From positions 18,972,001 through 19,036,000 of the forward strand of contig OZ059898.1 in the NCBI GenBank assembly GCA_964057225.1: 64,000 bases of DNA. The letters are read 5' to 3'. Of this stretch, positions 13,401 through 28,400 are shown piece by piece. The notes beneath the pieces were generated by a model, which worked only from the letters and a program-made list of their open reading frames with translations, did no database searches and was not told the origin of the DNA. The position numbers were made by a program, and so were the translations under genes. The number at the start of each line of letters is the position of its first letter. Within the stretch, counting starts at the first letter, position 1. The DNA is from Auanema rhodensis. Taxonomy: Eukaryota > Animalia > Nematoda.

Positions 13401-16400
13401 CGTGAACTTTAATTTATGCTAATTAAATGTACACGTGATGTGCACTTGGTATGTAACTCGCTTCACGTAAAAGATAAAGAGATGCGGTTTTCGAAATTGG
13501 ATTCCCCATGTCCATATTAGTCTAAAAACAAATTTTTATTGATATTGGTTCATGGTAACCATGACTTTGAAATTTACGTGAACTTTAATTTATGCTAATT
13601 AAATGTACACGTGATGTGCAATTGGTATGTAACTCGCTTCACGTGAAAGATAAAGAGATGCCGTTTTCGAAATTAGATTTCCCATGTCCATATTAGTCTC
13701 AAAACAAATTTTTATTGATATTGGTTCATGGTAACCATGTCTTTGAAATTTACGTGAACTTTAATTTATGCTAATTAAATGTACACGTGATGTGCACTTG
13801 GTATGTAACTCGCTTCACGTGAAAGATAAAGAGATGAGGTTTTCAAAATTAGATTCCCCATGTCCATATTAGTCTAAAATCAAATTTTTATTGATATTGG
13901 TTCATGGTAACCATGTCTTTGAAATTTACGTGAACTTTAATTTATGCTAATTAAATGTACACGTGATGTGCACTTGGTATGTAACTCGCTTCACGTGAAA
14001 GATAAAGAGATGCGGTTTTCAAAATTAGATTCCCCATGTCCATATTAGTCTAAAAACAAATTTTTATTGATATTGGTTCATGGTAACCATGTCTTTGAAA
14101 TTTACGTGAACTTTAATTTAATCTAATTAAATGTACACGTGATGTGCACTTGGTATGTAACTCGCTTCACGTGAAAGATAAAGAGATGCGGTTTTCAAAA
14201 TTAGATTCCCTATGTCCATATTAGTCTAAAAACAAATTTTTATTGATATTGGTGCATGGTAACCATGACTTTGAAATTTACGTGAACTTTAATTTATGCT
14301 AATTAAATGTACACGTGATGTGCACTTGGTATGTAACTCGCTTCACGTGAAAGATAAAGAGATGCGGTTTTCAAAATTAGATTCCCCATGTCCATATTAG
14401 TCTAAAAACAAATTTTTATTGATATTGGTTCATGGTAACCATGTCTTTGAAATTTACGTGAACTTTAATTTATGCTAATTAAATGTACACGTGATGTGCA
14501 CTTGGTATGTAACTCGCTTCACGTGAAAGATAAAGAGATGCGGTTTTCAAAATTAGATTCCCCATGTCCATATTAGTCTAAAAACAAATTTTTATTGATA
14601 TTGGTTCATGGTAACCATGTCTTTGAAAATTACGTGAACTTTAATTTATGCTAATTAAATGTACACGTGATGTGCACTTGGTATGTAACTCGCTTCACGT
14701 GAAAGATAAAGAGATGCGGTTTTCAAAATTAGATTCCCCATGTCCATATTAGTCTAAAAACAAATTTTTATTGATATTGGTTCATGGTAACCATGACTTT
14801 GAAATTTACGTGAACTTTAATTTATGCTAATTAAATGTACACGTGATGTGCACTTGGTATGTAACTCGCTTCACGTGAAAGATAAAAAGATGAGGTTTTC
14901 AAAATTAGATTCCCCATGTCCATATTAGTCTAAAAACAAATTTTTATTGATATTGGTTCATGGTAACCATGACTTTGAAATTTACGTGAACTTTAATTTA
15001 TGCTAATTAAATGTACACGTGATGTGCACTTGGTATGTAACTCGCTTCACGTGAAAGATAAAATGATGAGGTTTTCAAAATTAGATTCCCCATGTCCATA
15101 TTAGTCTAAAAACAAATTTTTATTGATATTGGTTCATGGTAACCATGACTTTGAAATTTACGTGAACTTTAATTTATGCTAATTAAATGTACACGTGATG
15201 TGCACTTGGTATGTAACTCGCTTCACGTGAAAGATAAAGAGATGCGGTTTTCAAAATTAGATTCCCTATGTCCATATTAGTCTAAAAACAAATTTTTATT
15301 GATATTGGTGCATGGTAACCATGACTTTGAAATTTACGTGAACTTTAATTTATGCTAATTAAATGTACACGTGATGTGCACTTGGTATGTAACTCGCTTC
15401 ACGTGAAAGATAAAGAGATGCGGTTTTCAAAATTAGATTCCCTATGTCCATATTAGTCTAAAAACAAATTTTTATTGATATTGGTGCATGGTAACCATGA
15501 CTTTGAAATTTACGTGAACTTTAATTTATGCTAATTAAATGTACACGTGATGTGCAATTGGTATGTAACTCGCTTCACGTGAAAGATAAAGAGATGCCGT
15601 TTTCGAAATTAGATTCCCCATGTCCATATTAGTCTCAAAACAAATTTTTATTGATATTGGTTCATGGTAACCATGTCTTTGAAATTTACGTGAACTTTAA
15701 TTTATGCTAATTAAATGTACACGTGATGTGCACTTGGTATGTAACTCGCTTCACGTGAAAGATAAAGAGATGCGGTTTTCAAAATTAGATTCCTCATGTC
15801 CATATTAGTCTAAAAACAAATTTTTATTGATATTGGTTCATGGTAACCATGTCTTTGAAAATTACGTGAACTTTAATTTATGCTAATTAAATGTACACGT
15901 GATGTGCACTTGGTATGTAACTCGCTTCACGTGAAAGATAAAGAGATGCGGTTTTCAAAATTAGATTCCCCATGTCCATATTAGTCTAAAAACAAATTTT
16001 TATTGATATTGGTTCATGGTAACCATGACTTTGAAATTCACATGAACTTTAATTTATGCTAATTAAATGTGCACGTGATGTGCACTTGGTATGTAACTCG
16101 CTTCACGTGAAAGATAAAGAGATGCGGTTTTCAAAATTAGATTCCCCATGTCCATATTAGTCTAAAAACAGATTTTTATTGATATTGGTTCATGGTAACC
16201 ATGTCTTTGAAATTTACGTGAACTTTAATTCATGCTAATTAAATGTACACGTGATGTGCACTTGGTATGTAACTCGCTTCACGTGAAAGATAAAGAGATG
16301 CGGTTGCAAAATTAGATTCCCCATGTCCATATTAGTCTAAAAACAAATTTTTATTGATATTGGTTCATGGTAACCATGACTTTGAAATTTACGTGAACTT

Positions 16401-19400
16401 TAATTTATGCTAATTAAATGTACACGTGATGTGCACTTGGTATGTAACTCGCTTCACGTGAAAGATAAAGAGATGCGGTTTTCGAAATTAGATTCCCCAT
16501 GTCCATATTAGTCTAAAAACAAATTTTTATTGATATTGGTTCATGGTAACCATGACTTTGAAATTCACGTGAACTTTAATTTATGCTAATTAAATGTGCA
16601 CGTGATGTGCACTTGGTATGTAACTCGCTTCACGTGAAAGATAAAGAGATGCGGTTTTCAAAATTAGATTCCTCATGTCCATATTAGTCTAAAAACAAAT
16701 TTTTATTGATATTGGTTCATGGTAACCATGTCTTTGAAAATTACGTGAACTTTAATTTATGCTAATTAAATGTATACGTGATGTGCACTTGGTATGTAAC
16801 TCGCTTCACGTGAAAGATAAAGAGATGCGGTTTTCAAAATTAGATTCCCCATGTCCATATTAGTCTAAAAACAAATTTTTATTGATATTGGTTCATGGTA
16901 ACCATGACTTTGAAATTCACATGAACTTTAATTTATGCTAATTAAATGTGCACGTGATGTGCACTTGGTATGTAACTCGCTTCACGTGAAAGATAAAGAG
17001 ATGCGGTTTTCAAAATTAGATTCCCCATGTCCATATTAGTCTAAAAACAGATTTTTATTGATATTGGTTCATGGTAACCATGTCTTTGAAATTTACGTGA
17101 ACTTTAATTCATGCTAATTAAATGTACACGTGATGTGCACTTGGTATGTAACTCTCTTCACGTGAAAGATAAAGAGATGCGGTTGCAAAATTAGATTCCC
17201 CATGTCCATATTAGTCTAAAAACAAATTTTTATTGATATTGGTTCATGGTAACCATGTCTTTGAAATTTACGTGAACTTTAATTTATGCTAATTAAATGT
17301 ACACGTGATGTGCACTTGGTATGTAACTCGCTTCACGTGAAAGATAAAATGATGAGGTTTTCAAAATTAGATTCCCCATGTCCATATTAGTCTAAAAACA
17401 AATTTTTATTGATATTGGTTCATGGTAACCATGTCTTTGAAATTTACGTGAACTTTAATTTATGCTAATTAAATGTACACGTGATGTGCACTTGGTATGT
17501 AACTCGCTTCACGTGAAAGATAAAGAGATGCGGTTATCAAAATTAGATTCCCCATGTCCATATTAGTCTAAAAACAAATTTTTATTGATATTGGTGCATG
17601 GTAACCATGACTTTGAAATTTACGTTAACTTTAATTTATGCTAATTAAATGTACACGTGATGTGCACTTGGTATGTAACTCGCTTCACGTGAAAGATAAA
17701 GAGATGCGGTTTTCAAAATTAGATTCCCCATGTCCATATTAGTCTAAAAACAGATTTTTATTGATATTGGTTCATGGTAACCATGTCTTTGAAATTTACG
17801 TGAACTTTAATTCATGCTAATTAAATGTACACGTGATGTGCACTTGGTATGTAACTCGCTTCACGTGAAAGATAAAGAGATGCGGTTTTCAAAATTAGAT
17901 TCCCCATGTCCATATTAGTCTAAAAACAAATTTTTATTGATATTGGTTCATGGTAACCATGACTTTGAAATTTACGTGAACTTTAATTCATGCTAATTAA
18001 ATGTACACGTGATGTGCACTTGGTATGTAACTCTCTTCACGTGAAAGATAAAGAGATGCGGTTGCAAAATTAGATTCCCCATGTCCATATTAGTCTAAAA
18101 ACAAATTTTTATTGATATTGGTTCATGGTAACCATGTCTTTGAAATTTACGTGAACTTTAATTTATGCTAATTAAATGTACACGTGATGTGCACTTGGTA
18201 TGTAACTCGCTTCACGTGAAAGATAAAATGATGAGGTTTTCAAAATTAGATTCCCCATGTCCATATTAGTCTAAAAACAAATTTTTATTGATATTGGTTC
18301 ATGGTAACCATGTCTTTGAAATTTACGTGAACTTTAATTTATGCTAATTAAATGTACACGTGATGTGCACTTGGTATGTAACTCGCTTCACGTGAAAGAT
18401 AAAGAGATGCGGTTTTCAAAATTAGATTCCCCATGTCCATATTAGTCTAAAAACAAATTTTTATTGATATTGGTGCATGGTAACCATGACTTTGAAATTT
18501 ACGTTAACTTTAATTTATGCTAATTAAATGTACACGTGATGTGCACTTGGTATGTAACTCGCTTCACGTGAAAGATAAAGAGATGCGGTTTTCAAAATTA
18601 GATTCCCCATGTCCATATTAGTCTAAAAACAGATTTTTATTGATATTGGTTCATGGTAACCATGTCTTTGAAATTTACGTGAACTTTAATTCATGCTAAT
18701 TAAATGTACACGTGATGTGCACTTGGTATGTAACTCGCTTCACGTGAAAGATAAAGAGATGCGGTTTTCAAAATTAGATTCCCCATGTCCATATTAGTCT
18801 AAAAACAAATTTTTATTGATATTGGTGCATGGTAACCATGACTTTGAAATTTACGTGAACTTTAATTTATGCTAATTAAATGTACACGTGATGTGCACTT
18901 GGTATGTAACTCGCTTCACGTGAAAGATAAAGAGATGCGGTTTTCAAAATTAGATTCCCCATGTCCATATTAGTCTAAAAACAGATTTTTATTGATATTG
19001 GTTCATGGTAACCATGTCTTTGAAATTTACGTGAACTTTAATTCATGCTTATTAAATGTACACGTGATGTGCACTTGGTATGTAACTCGCTTCACGTGAA
19101 AGATAAAGAGATGCGGTTGCAAAATTAGATTCCCCATGTCCATATTAGTCTAAAAACAAATTTTTATTGATATTGGTTCATGGTAACCATGACTTTGAAA
19201 TTTACGTGAACTTTAATTTATGCTAATTAAATGTACACGTGATGTGGACTTGGTATGTAACTCGCTTCACGTGAAAGAAAAAGAGATGCGGTTTCGAAAA
19301 TTAGATTCCCCATGTCCATATTAGTCTCAAAACAAATTTTTATTGATATTGGTTCATGGTAACCATGTCTTTGAAATTTACGTGAACTTTAATTTATGCT

Positions 19401-22400
19401 AATTAAATGTACACGTGATGTGCACTTGGTATGTAACTCGCTTCACGTGAAAGATAAAGAGATGCGGTTTTCAAAATTAGATTCCCCATGTCCATATTAG
19501 TCTAAAAACATATTTTTATTGATATTGGTGCATGGTAACCATGACTTTGAAATTTACGCGAACTTTAATTTATGCTAATTAAGTGTACACGTGATGTGCA
19601 CTTGGTATGTAACTCGCTTCACGTGAAAGATAAAGAGATGCGGTTTTCAAAATTAGATTCCCCATGTCCATATTAATCTAAAAACAGATTTTTATTGATA
19701 TTGGTTCATGGTAACCATGACTTTGAAATTTACGTGAACTTTAATTTATGCTAATTAAATGTACACGTGATGTGCACTTGGTATGCAACTCGCTTCACGT
19801 GAAAGATAAAGAGATGCGGTTTTCAAAATTAGATTCCCCATGTCCATATCAGTCTAAAAACAGATCTTTATTGATATTGGTTCATGGTAACCATGACTTT
19901 GAAATTTACGTGAACTTTAATTTATGCTAATTAAATGTACACGTGATGTGCACTTGGTATGTAACTCGCTTCACGTGAAAGATAAAGAGATGCGGTTTTC
20001 AAAATTAGATTCCCCATGTCCATATTAGTCTAAAAACAGATTTTTATTGATATTGGTTCATGGTAACCATGTCTTTGAAATTTACGTGAACTTTAATTCA
20101 TGCTAATTAAATGTACACGTGATGTGCACTTGGTATGTAACTCGCATCACGTGAAAGATAAAGAGATGCGGTGTTCAAAATTAGATTCCCCATGTCCATA
20201 TTAGTCGAAAAACAAATTTTTATTGATATTGGTGCATGGTAACCATGACTTTGAAATTTACGTGAACTTTAATTTATGCTAATTAAATGTACACGTGATG
20301 TGCACTTGGTATGTAACTCGCTTCACGTGAAAGATAAAGAGATGCGGTTTTCAAAATTAGATTCCCCATGTCCATATTAGTCTAAAAACAGATTTTTATT
20401 GATATTGGTTCATGGTAACCATGTCTTTGAAATTTACGTGAACTTTAATTCATGCTAATTAAATGTACACGTGATGTGCACTTGGTATGTAACTCGCATC
20501 ACGTGAAAGATAAAGAGATGCGGTGTTCAAAATTAGATTCCCCATGTCCATATTAGTCGAAAAACAAATTTTTATTGATATTGGTGCATGGTAACCATGA
20601 CTTTGAAATTTACGTGAACTTTAATTTATGCTAATTAAATGTACACGTGATGTGCACTTGGTATGTAACTCGCTTCACGTGAAAGATAAAGAGATGCGGT
20701 TTTCAAAATTAGATTCCCCATGTCCATATTAGTCTCAAAACAAATTTTTATTGATATTGGTTCATGGTAACCATGTCTTTGAAATTTACGTGAACTTTAA
20801 TTTATGCTAATTAAATGTACACGTGATGTGCACTTGGTATGTAACTCGCTTCACGTGAAAGATAAAGAGATGCGGTGTTCAAAATTAGATTCCCCATGTC
20901 CATATTAGTCGAAAAACAAATTTTTATTGATATTGGTGCATGGTAACCATGACTTTGAAATTTACGTGAACTTTAATTTATGCTAATTAAATGTACACGT
21001 GATGTGCACTTGGTATGTAACTCGCTTCACGTGAAAGATAAAGAGATGCGGTGTTCAAAATTAGATTCCCCATGTCCATATCAGTCTAAAAACAGATCTT
21101 TATTGATATTGGTTCATGGTAACCATGACTTTGAAATTTACGTGAACTTTAATTTATGCTAATTAAATGTACACGTGATGTGCACTTGGTATGTAACTCG
21201 CTTCACGTGAAAGATAAAGAGATGCGGTTTTCAAAATTAGATTCCTCATGTCCATATTAGTCTAAAAACAGATCTTTATTGATATTGGTTCATGGTAACC
21301 ATGTCTTTGAAAATTACGTGAACTTTAATTTATGCTAATTAAATGTACACGTGATGTGCACTTGGTATGTAACTCGCTTCACGTGAAAGATAAAGAGATG
21401 CGGTTTTCAAAATTAGATTCCTCATGTCCATATTAGTCTAAAAACAAATTTTTATTGATATTGGTTCATGGTAACCATGTCTTTGAAAATTACGTGAACT
21501 TTAATTTATGCTAATTAAATGTACACGTGATGTGCACTTGGTATGTAACTCGCTTCACGTGAAAGATAAAGAGATGCGGTTTTCGAAATTAGATTCCCCA
21601 TGTCCATATTAGTCTAAAAACAAATTTTTATTGATATTGGTTCATGGTAACCATGACTTTGAAATTCACGTGAACTTTAATTTATGCTAATTAAATGTGC
21701 ACGTGATGTGCACTTGGTATGTAACTCGCTTCACGTGAAAGATAAAGAGATGCGGTTTTCAAAATTAGATTCCCCATGTCCATATTAGTCTAAAAACAAA
21801 TTTTTATTGATATTGGTTCATGGTAACCATGACTTTGAAATTTACGTGAACTTTAATTTATGCTAATTAAATGTACACGTGATGTGGACTTGGTATGTAA
21901 CTCGCTTCACGTGAAAGATAAAGAGATACGGTTTTCAAAATTAGATTCCCCATGTCCATATTAGTCTAATAACAAATTTTTATTGATATTGGTTCATGGT
22001 AACCATGTCTTTGAAATTTACGTGAACTTTAATTCATGCTAATTAAATGTACACGTGATGTGCACTTGGTATGTAACTCGCTTCACGTGAAAGATAAAGA
22101 GATGCGGTTGCAAAATTAGATTTCCCATGTCCATATTAGTCTAAAAACAAATTTTTATTGATATTGGTTCATGGTAACCATGTCTTTGAAATTTACGTGA
22201 ACTTTAATTCATGCTAATTAAATGTACACGTGATGTGCACTTGGTATGTAACTCGCTTCACGTGAAAGATAAAGAGATGCGGTTGCAAAATTAGATTCCC
22301 CATGTCCATATTAGTCTAAAAACAAATTTTTATTGATATTGGTTCATGGTAACCATGACTTTGAAATTTACGTGAACTTTAATTTATGCTAATTAAATGT

Positions 22401-25400
22401 ACACGTGATGTGGACTTGGTATGTAACTCGCTTCACGTGAAAGATAAAGAGATGCGGTTGCAAAATTAGATTCCCCATGTCCATATTAGTCTAAAAACAA
22501 ATTTTTATTGATATTGGTTCATGGTAACCATGTCTTTGAAATTTACGTGAACTTTAATTCATGCTAATTAAATGTACACGTGATGTGCACTTGGTATGTA
22601 ACTCGCTTCACGTGAAAGATAAAGAGATGCGGTTGCAAAATTAGATTCCCCATGTCCATATTAGTCTAAAAACAAATTTTTATTGATATTGGTTCATGGT
22701 AACCATGACTTTGAAATTTACGTGAACTTTAATTTATGCTAATTAAATGTACACGTGATGTGGACTTGGTATGTAACTCGCTTCACGTGAAAGATAAAGA
22801 GATACGGTTTTCAAAATTAGATTCTCCATGTCCATATTAGTCTAAAAACAAATTTTTATTGATATTGGTTCATGGTAACCATGTCTTTGAAATTTACGTG
22901 AACTTTAATTTATGCTAATTAAATGTACACGTGATGTGCACTTGGTATGTAACTCGCTTCACGTGAAAGATAAAGAGATGAGGTTCTCAAAATTAGATTC
23001 CCCATGTCCATATTAGTCTAAAAACAAATTTTTATTGTTATTGGTGCATGGTAACCATGACTTTGAAATTTACGTGAACTTTAATTTATGCTAATTAAAT
23101 GTACACGTGATGTGCACTTGGTATGTAACTCGCTTCACGTGAAAGATAAAGAGATGCGGTTTTCAAAATTAGATTCCCCATGTCCATATTAGTCTAAAAA
23201 CAAATTTTTATTGATATTGGTTCATGGTAACCATGACTTTGAAATTTACGTGAACTTTAATTTATGCTAATTAAATGTACACGTGATGTGCACTTGGTAT
23301 GTAACTCGCTTCACGTGAAAGATGAAATGATGAGGTTTTCAAAATTAGATTCCCCATGTCCATATTAGTCTAAAAACAAATTTTTATTGATATTGGTGCA
23401 TGGTAACCATGACTTTGAAATTTACGTGAACTTTAATTTATGCTAATTAAATGTACACGTGATGTGCACTTGGTATGTAACTCGCTTCACGTGAAAGAGA
23501 AAGAGATGCGGTTTTCAAAATTAGATTCCCCATGTCCATATTAGTCTAAAAACAAATTTTTATTGATATTGGTTCATGGTAACCATGTCTTTGAAATTTA
23601 CGTGAACTTTAATTTATGCTAATTAAATGTACACGTGATGTGCACTTGGTATGTAACTCGCTTCACGTGAAAGATAAAGAGATGCGGTTTTCAAAATTAG
23701 ATTCCTCATGTCCATATTAGTCTAAAAACAAATTTTTATTGATATTGGTTCATGGTAACCATGACTTTGAAATTTACGTGAACTTTAATTTATGCTAATT
23801 AAATGTACACGTGATGTGCACTTGGTATGTAACTCGCTTCACGTGAAAGATAAAGAGATGCGGTTTTCAAAATTAGATTCCTCATGTCCATATTAGTCTA
23901 AAAACAAATTTTTATTGATATTGGTTCATGGTAACCATGACTTTGAAATTTACGTGAACTTTAATTTATGCTAATTAAATATACACGTGATGTGCACTTG
24001 GTATGTAACTCGCTTCACGTGAAAGATAAAGAGATGAGGTTTTCAAAATTAGATTCCCCATGTCCATATTAGTCTAAAAACAAATTTTTATTGATATTGG
24101 TTCATGGTAACCATGACTTTGAAATTTACGTGAACTTTAATTTATGCTAATTAAATGTACACGTGATGGGCACTTGGTATGTAACTCGCTTCACGTGAAA
24201 GATAAAGAGATGCGGTTTTCAAAATTAGATTCCCCATGTCCATATCAGTCTAAAAACAGATCTTTATTGATATTGGTTCATGGTAACCATGACTTTGAAA
24301 TTTACGTGAACTTTAATTTATGCTAATTAAATGTACACGTGATGTGCACTTGGTATGTAACTCGCTTCACGTGAAAGATAAAGAGATGAGGTTTTCAAAA
24401 TTAGATTCCCCATGTCCATATTAGTCTAAAAACAAATTTTTATTGATATTGGTTCATGGTAACCATGTCTTTGAAAATTACGTGAACTTTAATTTATGCT
24501 AATTAAATGTACACGTGATGTGCACTTGGTATGTAACTCGCTTCACGTGAAAGATAAAGAGATGCGGTTTTCGAAATTAGATTCCCCATGTCCATATTAG
24601 TCTAAAAACAAATTTTTATTGATATTGGTTCATGGTAACCATGACTTTGAAATTCACGTGAACTTTAATTTATGCTAATTAAATGTACACGTGATGTGCA
24701 CTTGGTATGTAACTCGCTTCACGTGAAAGATAAAGAGATGCGGTTTTCAAAATTAGATTCCTCATGTCCATATTAGTCTAAAAACAAATTTTTATTGATA
24801 TTGGTTCATGGTAACCATGTCTTTGAAAATTACGTGAACTTTAATTTATGCTAATTAAATGTACACGTGATGTGCACTTGGTATGTAACTCGCTTCACGT
24901 GAAAGATAAAGAGATGCGGTTTTCGAAATTAGATTCCCCATGTCCATATTAGTCTAAAAACAAATTTTTATTGATATTGGTTCATGGTAACCATGTCTTT
25001 GAAAATTACGTGAACTTTAATTTATGCTAATTAAATGTACACGTGATGTGCACTTGGTATGTAACTCGCTTCACGTGAAAGATAAAGAGATGAGGTTTTC
25101 AAAATTAGATTCCCCATGTCCATATTAGTCTAAAAACAAATTTTTATTGATATTGGTTCATGGTAACCATGACTTTGAAATTTACGTGAACTTTAATTTA
25201 TGCTAATTAAATGTACACGTGATGTGCACTTGGTATGTAACTCGCTTCACGTGAAAGATAAAGAGATGCGGTTTTCAAAATTAGATTCCTCATGTCCATA
25301 TTAGTTTAAAAACAAATTTTTATTGATATTGGTTCATGGTAACCATGTCTTTGAAAATTACGTGAACTTTAATTTATGCTAATTAAATGTACACGTGATG

Positions 25401-28400
25401 TGCACTTGGTATGTAACTCGCTTCACGTGAAAGATAAAGAGATGCGGTTTTCGAAATTAGATTCCCCATGTCCATATTAGTCTAAAAACAAATTTTTATT
25501 GATATTGGTTCATGGTAACCATGACTTTGAAATTCACGTGAACTTTAATTTATGCTAATTAAATGTACACGTGATGTGCACTTGGTATGTAACTCGCTTC
25601 ACGTGAAAGATAAAGAGATGCGGTTTTCAAAATTAGATTCCTCATGTCCATATTAGTCTAAAAACAAATTTTTATTGATATTGGTTCATGGTAACCATGT
25701 CTTTGAAAATTACGTGAACTTTAATTTATGCTAATTAAATGTACACGTGATGTGCACTTGGTATGTAACTCGCTTCACGTGAAAGATAAAGAGATGCGGT
25801 TTTCGAAATTAGATTCCCCATGTCCATATTAGTCTAAAAACAAATTTTTATTGATATTGGTTCATGGTAACCATGTCTTTGAAAATTACGTGAACTTTAA
25901 TTTATGCTAATTAAATGTACACGTGATGTGCACTTGGTATGTAACTCGCTTCACGTGAAAGATAAAGAGATGAGGTTTTCAAAATTAGATTCCCCATGTC
26001 CATATTAGTCTAAAAACAAATTTTTATTGATATTGGTGCATGGTAACCATGACTTTGAAATTTACGTGAACTTTAATTTATGCTAATTAAATGTACACGT
26101 GATGTGCACTTGGTATGTAACTCGCTTCACGTGAAAGATAAAGAGATGCGGTTTTCAAAATTAGATTTCCCATGTCCATATTAGTCTAAAAACAAATTTT
26201 TATTGATATTGGTTCATGGTAACCATGACTTTGAAATTTACGTGAACTTTAATTTATGCTAATTAAATGTACACGTGATGTGCACTTGGTATGTAACTCG
26301 CTTCACGTGAAAGATGAAATGATGAGGTTTTCAAAATTAGATTCCCCATGTCCATATTAGTCTAAAAACAAATTTTTATTGATATTGGTGCATGGTAACC
26401 ATGACTTTGAAATTTACGTGAACTTTAATTTATGCTAATTAAATGTACACGTGATGTGCACTTGGTATGTAACTCGCTTCACGTGAAAGAGAAAGAGATG
26501 CGGTTTTCAAAATTAGATTCCCCATGTCCATATTAGTCTAAAAACAAATTTTTATTGATATTGGTTCATGGTAACCATGTCTTTGAAATTTACGTGAACT
26601 TTAATTTATGCTAATTAAATGTACACGTGATGTGCACTTGGTATGTAACTCGCTTCACGTGAAAGATAAAGAGATGTGGTTTTCAAAATTAGATTCCCCA
26701 TGTCCATATTAGTCTAAAAACAAATTTTTATTGATATTGGTTCATGGTAACCATGACTTTGAAATTTACGTGAACTTTAATTTATGCTAATTAAATGTAC
26801 ACGTGATGTGCACTTGGTATGTAACTCGCTTCACGTGAAAGATAAAAAGATGAGGTTTTCAAAATTAGATTCCCCATGTCCATATTAGTCTAAAAACAAA
26901 TTTTTATTGATATTGGTTCATGGTAACCATGTCTTTGAAAATTACGTGAACTTTAATTTATGCTAATTAAATGTACACGTGATGTGCACTTGGTATGTAA
27001 CTCGCTTCACGTGAAAGATAAAGAGATGAGGTTTTCAAAATTAGATTCCCCATGTCCATATTAGTCTAAAAACAAATTTTTATTGATATTGGTTCATGGT
27101 AACCATGACTTTGAAATTTACGTGAACTTTAATTTATGCTAATTAAATGTACACGTGATGGGCACTTGGTATGTAACTCGCTTCACGTGAAAGATAAAGA
27201 GATGCGGTTTTCAAAATTAGATTCCCCATGTCCATATCAGTCTAAAAACAGATCTTTATTGATATTGGTTCATGGTAACCATGACTTTGAAATTTACGTG
27301 AACTTTAATTTATGCTAATTAAATGTACACGTGATGTGCACTTGGTATGTAACTCGCTTCACGTGAAAGATAAAGAGATGCGGTTTTCAAAATTAGATTC
27401 CTCATGTCCATATTAGTCTAAAAACAAATTTTTATTGATATTGGTTCATGGTAACCATGTCTTTGAAAATTACGTGAACTTTAATTTATGCTAATTAAAT
27501 GTACACGTGATGTGCACTTGGTATGTAACTCGCTTCACGTGAAAGATAAAGAGATGCGGTTTTCGAAATTAGATTCCCCATGTCCATATTAGTCTAAAAA
27601 CAAATTTTTATTGATATTGGTTCATGGTAACCATGACTTTGAAATTCACGTGAACTTTAATTTATGCTAATTAAATGTACACGTGATGTGCACTTGGTAT
27701 GTAACTCGCTTCACGTGAAAGATAAAGAGATGCGGTTTTCAAAATTAGATTCCTCATGTCCATATTAGTCTAAAAACAAATTTTTATTGATATTGGTTCA
27801 TGGTAACCATGTCTTTGAAAATTACGTGAACTTTAATTTATGCTAATTAAATGTACACGTGATGTGCACTTGGTATGTAACTCGCTTCACGTGAAAGATA
27901 AAGAGATGCGGTTTTCGAAATTAGATTCCCCATGTCCATATTAGTCTAAAAACAAATTTTTATTGATATTGGTTCATGGTAACCATGTCTTTGAAAATTA
28001 CGTGAACTTTAATTTATGCTAATTAAATGTACACGTGATGTGCACTTGGTATGTAACTCGCTTCACGTGAAAGATAAAAAGATGCGGTTTTCGAAATTAG
28101 ATTCCCCATGTCCATATTAGTCTAAAAACAAATTTTTATTGATATTGGTGCATGGTAACCATGTCTTTGAAATTTACGTGAACTTTAATTTATGCTAATT
28201 AAATGTACACGTGATGTGCACTTGGTATGTAACTCGCTTCACGTGAAAGATAAAGAGATGCGGTTTTCAAAATTAGATTCCCCATGTCCATATTAGTCTA
28301 AAAACAAATTTTTATTGATATTGGTGCATGGTAACTATGACTTTGAAATTTACGTGAACTTTAATTTATGCTAATTAAATGTACACGTGATGTGCACTTG

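Noticed and set aside
5148-27318. Seven near-identical 60-aa ORFs (MLIKCTRD...; starts 5148, 6028, 9192, 19748, 20980, 24144, 27136)
   Set aside because: Each is one satellite A monomer in which the consensus TAG (CATATTAG) has mutated to CAG. The other ~169 monomers stop at codon 35. Copy number follows the array duplications, there is no recognisable protein motif, and 176 is not a multiple of 3.
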